This document shows positions 1 through 8,738 of a stretch of DNA of 64,000 nt, piece by piece; position 1 is the stretch's first letter, and every line of letters starts with the position of its first letter. The notes beneath the pieces are model-generated. The model did not search any database. It was not told where the DNA came from and saw only the letters and a list, made by a program, of their open reading frames with translations. Made by a program: the position numbers and the translations under genes. Source of the stretch: a virus (lineage: Duplodnaviria > Caudoviricetes); the IMG/VR virus record IMGVR_UViG_3300030117_007612, positions 139,369-203,368 of that record; one strand, written 5' to 3'.

Positions 1-2
1 AG

Positions 3-893
3 AGAGCAATTGATACCGTGGCGGATCCAGAGTTCGTAGAGATGAATCTGGCCACCGTTCCCGGCTTAACTAACGCCCAGCTTACAACACATCTGATGAA
101 CGTATGTGAAGATCGCGGCGATGCATTAGCGGTTATTGACATCGAGAATGTATATACTGCTGACACCGAGGGCACTGAGAGTATAACAGAAAGAAAAGGT
201 ACAGTATCCAATGCTGTTTCGACACTGAGAGCCAGAAGCCTAGATAGCAGCTATGGTTGCACATTCTACCCGTGGGTTCAAATTAAAGATGAAACGTCCG
301 GACGAATATTCTGGGTACCACCATCTGTTCCGATGCTTGGTGTTTTTGCCAGTTCGGAGGCAAAATCAGAACTTTGGTTCGCACCAGCAGGATTCAATAG
401 AGGCGGCTTAAGCCAAGGCGCCGCAGGCCTACCGGTACTGTCAGTTTCCGATAGGTTGACGTCAAAAGATAGAGATAAGCTTTATGAAGCAAATATTAAT
501 CCAATTGCGTCTTTCCCATCAAATGGAATTGTAGTATTTGGACAGAAAACCCTACAAGACACTCAATCTGCACTTGATCGCATTAATGTGAGAAGGCTTA
601 CAATTTATCTCAAGAAACAGATTTCCAGAATGGCAACAAGGGTTCTTTTTGACCAAAATGTTGAAGCCACGTGGAATAGATTTATTGCATTAGTCGAGCC
701 GTTCCTTGCGAACACTAAGGCTAGATTTGGAATTTCGGAATACCGACTTATACTTGATGAGTCTACTACCACACCAGACCTGATTGATCAAAACATTTTG
801 TATGCCAAAATAATGATTAAGCCGACAAGGGCTATCGAATTTATTGCAATCGACTTCGTCGTTGCTTCAACAGGCGCATCATTTGATGATTAA
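3..893 (+). CDS. Contractile tail sheath protein, C-terminal part (5' truncated by window edge)
   Basis: Sheath C-terminal motifs (YYPW-like FYPWV, WFAPAGFNRG, INPIASFP, GQKTLQ, LDRINVRRL, IEFIAIDF); frame is open back to base 3. Confidence 0.95.
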   Translation, partial: RAIDTVADPEFVEMNLATVPGLTNAQLTTHLMNVCEDRGDALAVIDIENVYTADTEGTESITERKGTVSNAVSTLRARSLDSSYGCTFYPWVQIKDETSGRIFWVPPSVPMLGVFASSEAKSELWFAPAGFNRGGLSQGAAGLPVLSVSDRLTSKDRDKLYEANINPIASFPSNGIVVFGQKTLQDTQSALDRINVRRLTIYLKKQISRMATRVLFDQNVEATWNRFIALVEPFLANTKARFGISEYRLILDESTTTPDLIDQNILYAKIMIKPTRAIEFIAIDFVVASTGASFDD

Positions 894-924
894 TAAATAA
901 GAGGGGTCTTTTTCCTCTTGCAAC

Positions 925-932
925 ACTACTTA
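925..932 (+). promoter_or_regulatory. Putative late promoter motif ACTANTTA upstream of tail tube
   Basis: ACTACTTA just before the SD of the tube gene; same motif precedes other presumed late genes. Confidence 0.5.
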
Positions 933-956
933 TTTTAGAAAGGAGTTACAAACATA

Positions 957-1562
957 ATGGCATTTTGGGCAGAAAATTTCGGAGACGACGCTAGCCTTAG
1001 AGATCCGAAAAGAAATTTTAGATTTAAGGTTGAGTTTTCGAACGTAGACAGTAAGACGGGAGGTCCTATACTTTGGTTCGCAAAGTCGGTTAATAAGCCG
1101 AGTTTTACGGTCGCTAATGCGGAACATAAGTACCTAAACCACACCTTCTATTATCCCGGTTCAGTTACTTGGAACGAGATTACAATTGAATTGGTCGATC
1201 CGGTCGATCCAGACGTTGCCGCTACCATTAGCTCAATCGTGCAGGAGTCTGGCTATTCGCCCCCTTCCGATGTTAACTCTCTTGGTACCATGTCAAAAGC
1301 CGGCGCCGCATCTTCGCTTGGACAAGTTTTTGTTTCCCAGATTGACGGTACTGGACAAACTATTGAAAAATGGACCCTTTGGAATGCTTGGGTTCAAGAT
1401 GTGAAATATGGCGACTTAGAATATGGAAACGATGAGTTAACAAATATTTCTGTTGTGTTAAGATATGATTGGGCGCGCCTTGAGACCAACACTGCTGGTT
1501 CTGTTACAGCCGGCGGAACAGGCGTTAACAACTTCTTTACTCCTGACGGAAGCTCCGTTTAA
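957..1562 (+). CDS. Tail tube protein (T4 gp19-like)
   Basis: Directly after sheath; PKRNFRF, H.YLNH.FYYPG.V.W..I, W.L.NAW....YG.L.Y pattern. Confidence 0.9.
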   Translation: MAFWAENFGDDASLRDPKRNFRFKVEFSNVDSKTGGPILWFAKSVNKPSFTVANAEHKYLNHTFYYPGSVTWNEITIELVDPVDPDVAATISSIVQESGYSPPSDVNSLGTMSKAGAASSLGQVFVSQIDGTGQTIEKWTLWNAWVQDVKYGDLEYGNDELTNISVVLRYDWARLETNTAGSVTAGGTGVNNFFTPDGSSV

Positions 1563-1589
1563 TATGACTAACAAATTGAGAGGTGAAAT

Positions 1590-2447
1590 TTGAGTCGAAA
1601 TAACCCCGAACGCTTGGGTGCCAACATGCAAGACGCGGGAGCAGCACCCCCGAACGTTCAACAAGAAACAGAAAGTACCTTTTCTTATGTAGTTCCAACT
1701 GAATTTGTAGAATTGCCATCGAAAGGTAAACATTATCCTCCCGGCCACCCGCTACATGGGCAGCAGCACATTGAGGTGCGACATATGACCGCAAAAGAGG
1801 AAGATATTTTAACATCTAGAACTTTGCTCAAGCAAGGTGTCGCTTTGGATCGTGTTTTGAGCAATATAATTGTAAATAAGCAAATCAACATAGACAGCAT
1901 GCTGATTGGTGATAAAAATGCCATGATAGTAGCAGCCAGAGTTTCTGCATACGGCAGCGACTACAGAACGGCGGTTACATGCCCTGCCTGCTCAGAAACA
2001 ACAAAATATTCGTTCAATTTGAACCAATGCGATATTTTTGAGGGAGACCCCGATAATCCACTGGCAGTACAGCCAACAGAAAATGGAACGTTCTTACTTC
2101 AGCTTCCAACCACTGGAGTTACAGTTGAGTTTAGGCTTCTTACTGGGATGGACGAGAAACGTCTCGTCAAGGGCACCGAAATGGATCGCAAGTCAAAAAG
2201 AGGCGAAAAAAACGTGACACGACAATTAAAACAATTTGTGGTATCTGTCAACGGCAGCAACAACCCTGCTGATGTAAACGGTTTTATTGAGAATATGCCA
2301 TCCATGGACGCAAGACAAATTCGCTTGGCATATAAATTGACAGCTCCAAATGTTGATTTAACACAAAATTTCGTTTGTCCGTCCTGCGATCATGAACAGG
2401 AAATGGAGGTTCCGTTAACCGCGGACTTTTTTTGGCCTGACCGATGA
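1590..2447 (+). CDS. Tail/baseplate assembly chaperone (gp26-like hub assembly protein)
   Basis: VELPSKG..YP, MTAKEEDILT, GDKNA..VAAR...YG, CxxC motifs, ends FFWP; lies between tube and tape measure; TTG start with GAGGTG SD. Confidence 0.75.
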   Translation: MSRNNPERLGANMQDAGAAPPNVQQETESTFSYVVPTEFVELPSKGKHYPPGHPLHGQQHIEVRHMTAKEEDILTSRTLLKQGVALDRVLSNIIVNKQINIDSMLIGDKNAMIVAARVSAYGSDYRTAVTCPACSETTKYSFNLNQCDIFEGDPDNPLAVQPTENGTFLLQLPTTGVTVEFRLLTGMDEKRLVKGTEMDRKSKRGEKNVTRQLKQFVVSVNGSNNPADVNGFIENMPSMDARQIRLAYKLTAPNVDLTQNFVCPSCDHEQEMEVPLTADFFWPDR

Positions 2448-2451
2448 TTAT

Positions 2452-2667
2452 ATGCTCAATGTTTATGAGCAATTCTTTTTCCTAAAATATTCAGGAGGCT
2501 GGAGCTTTTCAGAAGCCTACAATTTACCAATTGGGCTGAGAAAGTGGTTTGTAGAAAGACTACTAAAACAGCTAGAAGATGAAAAGAAGGCAATTGAAGG
2601 AGCTTCGTCCGGACGCGGCCGCCAAACGTATACTTTGTCGCCCGAGAATCAACCAAAAATGCCATGA
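2452..2667 (+). CDS. Second tail assembly chaperone segment, probably expressed as a frameshift extension of the upstream gene
   Basis: WSFSEAYNLPIGLRKWF motif; frame open from 2419 across the T7 run at 2427-2433; no SD before ATG 2452. Confidence 0.7.
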   Translation: MLNVYEQFFFLKYSGGWSFSEAYNLPIGLRKWFVERLLKQLEDEKKAIEGASSGRGRQTYTLSPENQPKMP

Positions 2668-2671
2668 CAAT

Positions 2672-2698
2672 AAAACCCTGAAGTGTTCAGGGTTTTTT
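2672..2698 (+). terminator. Intrinsic terminator
   Basis: AAAACCCTGAA-GTG-TTCAGGGTTTTTT hairpin plus T run. Confidence 0.8.
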
Positions 2699-2710
2699 AT
2701 TACAGTTTAA

Positions 2711-2718
2711 ACTAATTA
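2711..2718 (+). promoter_or_regulatory. Putative late promoter motif ACTAATTA
   Basis: Between a terminator and the operon containing the tape measure gene. Confidence 0.55.
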
Positions 2719-2742
2719 CTACTGATTCAGGAGAATTTTAAT

Positions 2743-3069
2743 ATGTCGGATGATTTGCAACCCATTATTATCGATTTTAACGAGTGCTCGAATGACACCT
2801 TAAACGAAAGTTTTTTAAAAATGTTTGGGTTTGCTGTCAAGAGTATTCTTAAGTACATGTTCAATGATTCCCCGATCCCTGTAAAAATTAAGGGCCACCC
2901 CACTCAGGTTAAATCGTTCGTAAACGCTCTTGCGCAAGAAAAAAGATATTTGGATTCCTACAAGCAGTTTGGACTAGACGATCCAAGAACTCTCCAAGAT
3001 AAGTCAATTCTAACCCAATCAGTTAGAAAATTTGAAAGAGCAACGGGGCTAAAGTGGCCCTTTAAATAG
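2743..3069 (+). CDS. Hypothetical protein (probable virion/late protein)
   Basis: 108 aa ORF with SD, after late motif; N-terminal LNE site. Confidence 0.7.
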   Translation: MSDDLQPIIIDFNECSNDTLNESFLKMFGFAVKSILKYMFNDSPIPVKIKGHPTQVKSFVNALAQEKRYLDSYKQFGLDDPRTLQDKSILTQSVRKFERATGLKWPFK

Positions 3070-3079
3070 GAGCTAGTAA

Positions 3080-5758
3080 ATGTCGCAAATCTTTACTAAA
3101 GAAGAATTAGAAAGAACCCAAGAGCTTCTAAGCGCTTTAGAAGAGATCAAGAAAGCGAAAAAAGAAGGCGCTCAATTAGAGCAAAAACAGCTTGATCTTC
3201 TAGCGCAACACAATATCGCTGAATCGGAAGTGAACAAGTCGCTAAACGAACAGCGCGTCATTCTCCGAGAAATATTGGGCCTTCGTGAGAAGAACTCAAC
3301 AGAAATTCAAGAGCGAATAGACCAGCTTAATACACAGAAAGGAATTTTAGAGGCCCATAAAAAAAGCTTTGAAGACCTTGTTGATTTAGCAGAGGTGAAT
3401 AAAGAAATAGAAGCCTCTAAGTTGGCTAAAATTGAAGACCAGTATAAACAAGGTCAGCTGACTTACGCACAGTACCTGCAACAAATTAGGGCTGCAAAAG
3501 CTGACTTAGAAGTTGCTACTGAAAAGCTAGATGTTTTAAATGAACAAGCAGATGCCGGCACAAGAGTTGGCAACACTCTGGCTCGTGTTTTGGGTATAAG
3601 CCAAAAAACACACACATCTTTCGCCAAAGATCTTGTTTTAATGATGTTCCAAGAAAATAGCTTGAAAAAAATGTCTGCGGCGATGGGCGGTTTCGCTGGT
3701 ATCTTGGACAGTATTGGAAACAAAGGCATTGAGTCTCTTACTGCTCTCTTCATGGTGGCTGCCAAATTAGCTATATCAATATATGATGTAGGGGTAAATC
3801 TTCGAATGACAACCGGGATGAGTGCCGCTATGGCAACTGAAGCACAGAATGTGGCCAAGAGTTTTGTCGAGCTAGGTTACACCACAGAACAAGTACAGGA
3901 ATCATTTTCGGAGCTTTTCACAACCGTGAGTGAGTTTTCAATGATGACTCCAGCAGCAAGAGCACAGATACAAGATTTAGCCATGGCAGCGCAAAAAGCG
4001 GGTGTTTCTTTTGGCGACTTCTCTAAAGCAACGCAGGTCAGCGGTAGAATAATGGGCCTTTCAGGTGTGGCGGCCGCTGAGAATGCAGCACAATTAGGAC
4101 ATTACGCAGCTTCGATTGGAATGGTTCCTTCAACTATCATTGGAGCGATGGACTCGGTAGTCCCCTCAATTGCAGCGATGGGTAAAGGCATGGGCAAAGA
4201 AATGAGAGCCTTGACCCGTATTCAGAAAGCAACAGGAATTGAAATGCAAAGATTAATTTCAATTAGTGATCAATTTGATACATTTGAGGGATCAGCGAAA
4301 GCTGTAGGTAGCCTAAACGCCATGCTTGGTGGAGACTTTGTAAACGCACTAGATCTTATGATGGCGAGAAGCCCGTCAGAAAGATTTATGATGTTAAAAG
4401 ATGCTTTAGATGCTGCAGGTAAATCTTTCGATACAATGGCTTACTTTGAAAAGAAAGCGATAGCTGAAGCCATAGGGTTCTCTTCTGTTGGTGAATTGGC
4501 TATGATGATGCGCGGCGAATTTGACCTTCTCGGAGAAACGGCCAACAAAACCTCTGAAGATTGGGCCAAGTATTATCGGGAACAACAACAACTTAAAGAC
4601 TTTATGTCCGAGTTGAGAACAATTGCTATTGAGCTAGCACCAGACATGGTTAAGTTAGCCAAAGGATTTGCAAAATTTATACATTGGGTCAAACAGCCAG
4701 ATAACTTAAAAATGATGAAGGGTATGATTTTCGCCATGATAGGCATGAAAGTCGCCTCTTTTGGCCTTGCTGCTGCGCAGACAGCCGCAGCCTTAAGCTC
4801 AGGAAAAATGTACTTCACAATCGGCCTCCTCGCAGGTGCACTTGGTGGATTAGCTTATCTTATGTTTGAGAAACCTTGGGCTTCTAACATGGTTGAGGGA
4901 TTTTTTAAATTTGCGGCCGCAATATTTATATTAGGAAAAGTAGGAGACGTGGCAGGAAAAGGCCTAGCGAAGATGACTATGCCGCTGTTGGGCATAGGCG
5001 CAGCTGCAGTCTTGATGGGCGGCGGAATCGCCCTTGCAACATTAGGAATATCCAAGATGATCTCCTCATTTGCAGGCTTGGGAGAAGCCGCGGGACCAGC
5101 AGCATGGGCTGTCGGGGCCCTGATGCTTGGGTTCGTCCTCCTCGTTGGCACATTGGCAGCGATAGCCATAGCCGCAGCGCCGGCGGTTCCACTAATTTTC
5201 ATGCTTGGCGCCGCCGTCGGACTAATAGGCTTGGGAATTGGCCTTGCCGCAGCAGGAATGTCTTTATTTGTTGGAGCGCTGAGTGAATTGTTTACAAATA
5301 TTAATCCTTTGGACTTAGCAGTGGGTATCGGCGCCATGGCCGCGGCCCTACCACTCCTTGCTTATGCTGCTGGAATAGCCATCCTGCCACTGGGCGGCCT
5401 TGCTGGGGCATTCCTTGGCTTAGCCGGCGGCGTTGTAGCGCTTACTGCTGCCCTTGGAAAGCTAGAAAAACTAGAAGGCTTCCCCAACCTGCAGGCGGCA
5501 ATAGTCCAAAAAGTGATGGCGGTAACTGTGGGCGCCGGCGAAGCGGGCGGTCGTGCCGCCGCGGCAGCCGTTGTGACCGCTGGTACTGCTGCCAGATCTC
5601 TTCCCGGCGCGCCGAGTACCCGCACCGCAGCAGGGGCAGGCACCGGTAATATCGTGGTTCAATTAGATCGACAAGGAACAATAGACTTCTTGGGAGGCAA
5701 GCCAGTTACATATGAACATCTTGAAGGCCGTATCAAGCAAGGTACCGGTACTGGGTGA
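3080..5758 (+). CDS. Tail tape measure protein
   Basis: 892 aa; N-terminal coiled coil, Ala/Gly-rich helical body, hydrophobic C-terminal repeats; canonical position. Confidence 0.85.
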   Translation: MSQIFTKEELERTQELLSALEEIKKAKKEGAQLEQKQLDLLAQHNIAESEVNKSLNEQRVILREILGLREKNSTEIQERIDQLNTQKGILEAHKKSFEDLVDLAEVNKEIEASKLAKIEDQYKQGQLTYAQYLQQIRAAKADLEVATEKLDVLNEQADAGTRVGNTLARVLGISQKTHTSFAKDLVLMMFQENSLKKMSAAMGGFAGILDSIGNKGIESLTALFMVAAKLAISIYDVGVNLRMTTGMSAAMATEAQNVAKSFVELGYTTEQVQESFSELFTTVSEFSMMTPAARAQIQDLAMAAQKAGVSFGDFSKATQVSGRIMGLSGVAAAENAAQLGHYAASIGMVPSTIIGAMDSVVPSIAAMGKGMGKEMRALTRIQKATGIEMQRLISISDQFDTFEGSAKAVGSLNAMLGGDFVNALDLMMARSPSERFMMLKDALDAAGKSFDTMAYFEKKAIAEAIGFSSVGELAMMMRGEFDLLGETANKTSEDWAKYYREQQQLKDFMSELRTIAIELAPDMVKLAKGFAKFIHWVKQPDNLKMMKGMIFAMIGMKVASFGLAAAQTAAALSSGKMYFTIGLLAGALGGLAYLMFEKPWASNMVEGFFKFAAAIFILGKVGDVAGKGLAKMTMPLLGIGAAAVLMGGGIALATLGISKMISSFAGLGEAAGPAAWAVGALMLGFVLLVGTLAAIAIAAAPAVPLIFMLGAAVGLIGLGIGLAAAGMSLFVGALSELFTNINPLDLAVGIGAMAAALPLLAYAAGIAILPLGGLAGAFLGLAGGVVALTAALGKLEKLEGFPNLQAAIVQKVMAVTVGAGEAGGRAAAAAVVTAGTAARSLPGAPSTRTAAGAGTGNIVVQLDRQGTIDFLGGKPVTYEHLEGRIKQGTGTG

Positions 5759-5829
5759 ACGCATTTAAAAGACAATTTAAATTAAACAATTATTTGAAAA
5801 GATAGTAGTTATAACAGAGGGAGAGAGCC

Positions 5830-7080
5830 ATGGCAGACGAAACCATACCAAATTTTAATACGAATAAGTACGCCTCGATTACTGGCGAAGTTCATAGAAC
5901 AAACAGTACTCAGCGCCCGGGCGTGGCCACATATGCATTTAGCGATGGCTCGGATGATCTAGCGAATCTTAAACATTCAATACTTGGGTTCAAACATATC
6001 CCATCTGGAAATTCTGTATTTTTTAAAGCCTTTATAACTCAGTTTAATGAAAATTATGATTCTAGCTGGGAAAAGGCGACCGTGTTTGGTCGACCAGATC
6101 CTTTGTTGCAATTTCGCAACACACAAAGGAGCATTTCAATCGGCTGGAATATTCCGGCTGCCAGTTTAGCTGAGGGCATCGAAAACTTAGAAAAAGTTCA
6201 AAACCTTATAAGGTACCAATACCCTTCCTATAACACAACTACTGGCCCCGATAAAGATCTAGCGTACAATGCACTAGGCATGACGTCGCCACCGTTAGTG
6301 CGGCTAAAGTTTACCAACATGATAACCAACGCAGGCCCAACCAGTCCCACAGTCAGCATCGGTACTCCGCGCAATATGCGCCGGCGCCTAGGTATGCGCG
6401 CCGACCGTGCTAGCGGCGCACGTCCGGGAAGTGTTACATTTGAAACCAGCACCGATACGGGTCTTCTGGGTGTTATTTCAAGCATCACGGTTAACCATCA
6501 TGTCGAAGGAGATGCTGGCGTTTTCCATGGCGATGGAGCTATTGTTCCAAAGCTGATAGAAATAACTATGGAATTTAATCCGATTCACGAAGGCCTTCTT
6601 GGTTGGAACATGTCATCTGACAAGTGGGTTCCTGAGCGCGATAGCAACGGCAATGCCCTTCCTTCGCATAGATTACACAAATCCACCGCGATGGGTGGTT
6701 TTTCAGATTTCGACAAATCCAGATATGCTGGGTATGCCGGCAACAAGATGCAAACTTCGTTGGCTGCCCATTCTTCATTCCCGTACGGAATAGGTCCAGA
6801 TTTTGATCCAATGCTGCAAGGGGAGACTCTCGATGCCATGGCTAGCGCCCAAAGTGATAGGGTTGCCCTTCTTCAGGAGCGTGCTGATAAAGAAGCCGCC
6901 CGGCAAATTGCCCAAGTCAGGCATGCTGGCTTCATGGGGGGCGTTTTTAAACGCGCCGATGCCAAATACTATAATAAAAGAATGCGTGATCCATCTTTGA
7001 GAAGAGATCCCTATAGGATGGCGGCAGGTTATGCTGCATCCGGATATCCGTCACCCGGCGACGAAGAAGGAGGAGGATAG
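5830..7080 (+). CDS. Baseplate/tail-tube initiator-like protein, paralog 1
   Basis: FKAFIT.F.E.Y.S.W....FGR.DP, R.ISIGW, PPLVRL motifs; follows tape measure. Confidence 0.6.
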   Translation: MADETIPNFNTNKYASITGEVHRTNSTQRPGVATYAFSDGSDDLANLKHSILGFKHIPSGNSVFFKAFITQFNENYDSSWEKATVFGRPDPLLQFRNTQRSISIGWNIPAASLAEGIENLEKVQNLIRYQYPSYNTTTGPDKDLAYNALGMTSPPLVRLKFTNMITNAGPTSPTVSIGTPRNMRRRLGMRADRASGARPGSVTFETSTDTGLLGVISSITVNHHVEGDAGVFHGDGAIVPKLIEITMEFNPIHEGLLGWNMSSDKWVPERDSNGNALPSHRLHKSTAMGGFSDFDKSRYAGYAGNKMQTSLAAHSSFPYGIGPDFDPMLQGETLDAMASAQSDRVALLQERADKEAARQIAQVRHAGFMGGVFKRADAKYYNKRMRDPSLRRDPYRMAAGYAASGYPSPGDEEGGG

Positions 7081-8388
7081 ATGGCTAACTTATTTGACGC
7101 CCTTAAGTATTATACAGACACTGGAGAAATGCATTCAATTAGCACTCCGGCAGGTAGTTCTCAATTCCCGGGCATTGCCCCCATGGTCCAGCCATATATG
7201 GATGGATCCGATGCCATGGCCAACCTAAAGGGCTCTATTTTGGGATTTGAACATGTTGGAACAAATACATATATTCCTTTTAAGGCTTTTATCACCAATT
7301 TTGTGGAAACTTACAGTTCCGACTGGAATACAGAGGTTATATTCGGCAGACACGATCCAGTGTACGGCTATAAGAATACAAATAGAGAAATATCTATCGG
7401 ATGGAAGGTGCCCGCTGCTACATTAAGCGAGGCAGTAGAAAATTTAGCCAGACTTCAGGTGTTTTTAAAGATGTTATATCCGGGATATAGCGCAACACAC
7501 CATAGCGCAGGCCCCTCACGCACGCATCTGGTGCAATCTCCGCTTGTCAGAATGCAGTTTATGAACATGGTTTCAAGACACGCTTCGGGTGATCCGGGAA
7601 TCAACATTAAAAGTCACCATGGGTACCGTGTCGTTGGCCCAAGCACGCGCGGTACCGCCCGAGTAAGGTCGGCAATTTCATATGCCAGACAAACTGTCGG
7701 CCGCAGCGGAATACAGGGCGGCACACCAACTGGGCTGTTGGGTGCTATAACCAGCGTCACCGTGAATCTAAATTTAGATACAGATGTTGGTGTTTTTCAC
7801 GGCCAAGGGGCAATTATACCAAAACTAATAGAAGTCGATATAACATTTGCTCCAGTTCACGAAATACCGCTTGGATGGGACGAAAACGGAATTATTCGCA
7901 CCCCCGGTAAAGCGGGCGGCGCGCAATCAGCAGCTTTTAGTGACGGATCTAGCAATTGGCCATATGGTATAAACGATGGTGAGACTCATTTTCAAGCGGG
8001 CCTTACGCAAGATGACATAGATGGTTTAATCAATCTCGAACGCGAATTTCGCGATAAAGAAGCTGATATTTTAAATGCTCAAGCGAGATATAATGGATTA
8101 TTTGGAAGAGCGCTGGCAAAACATGATGCGGCCGCATGCGCAGGCGGAAGGTGTTCTAACATGAGAGCTTCCGCTGCCAGAGGCGCCGAAGACTATTTCA
8201 ACAGAAGAGGGAACAGCGAGACTAACCGAAGGAGCCGAGGCTCTAGTGCTGATTGGCCATACAACCGCGATCATACCGGCCAGAACAACGCGCCGTGGAG
8301 TCCCGGCTTTGGAACCAACCCCCAGAATGACTACAATACGGCCAATGCAATAAGACGAATACGAAGAAACAAGGCCAATAAAAAATAA
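7081..8388 (+). CDS. Baseplate/tail-tube initiator-like protein, paralog 2
   Basis: Shares DGSD..ANLK.SILGF.H, FKAFIT, FGR.DP, GVFHG.GAI.PKLIE blocks with the upstream gene. Confidence 0.6.
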   Translation: MANLFDALKYYTDTGEMHSISTPAGSSQFPGIAPMVQPYMDGSDAMANLKGSILGFEHVGTNTYIPFKAFITNFVETYSSDWNTEVIFGRHDPVYGYKNTNREISIGWKVPAATLSEAVENLARLQVFLKMLYPGYSATHHSAGPSRTHLVQSPLVRMQFMNMVSRHASGDPGINIKSHHGYRVVGPSTRGTARVRSAISYARQTVGRSGIQGGTPTGLLGAITSVTVNLNLDTDVGVFHGQGAIIPKLIEVDITFAPVHEIPLGWDENGIIRTPGKAGGAQSAAFSDGSSNWPYGINDGETHFQAGLTQDDIDGLINLEREFRDKEADILNAQARYNGLFGRALAKHDAAACAGGRCSNMRASAARGAEDYFNRRGNSETNRRSRGSSADWPYNRDHTGQNNAPWSPGFGTNPQNDYNTANAIRRIRRNKANKK

Positions 8389-8400
8389 AGGAAAATTGAG

Positions 8401-8736
8401 ATGGGAAGATATAGCAACAGAACAGTCGTTACGAATGACAACGAAGTTTATGACGAATTGAGAGATCGGAGAAAAATCAAAATAGTGGAACACTACAACT
8501 CCGCAAATTTAAGACACCCATCTGTATATGATCGTTCGTTGGTTAATCTAACCCCGCATGTTTGGACAGCAGGAGACAGGTTCTACAGGCTAGCCGATCA
8601 GTTTTACGGCGAAGCAGGTTTATGGTGGATAATTGCATGGTTTAATACGGCGCCAACTGAAGCTCACATGTCTCCGGGCGAAGTGATTCATATTCCAACC
8701 CCCCTTAGCAGGGTTTATGACATGCTAGGGTATTAG
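8401..8736 (+). CDS. LysM-like baseplate wedge/tail X protein
   Basis: H.WTAGDRFYRLADQFYG...LWWIIAWFN.....GEVIHIP. Confidence 0.8.
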   Translation: MGRYSNRTVVTNDNEVYDELRDRRKIKIVEHYNSANLRHPSVYDRSLVNLTPHVWTAGDRFYRLADQFYGEAGLWWIIAWFNTAPTEAHMSPGEVIHIPTPLSRVYDMLGY

Positions 8737-8738
8737 TT

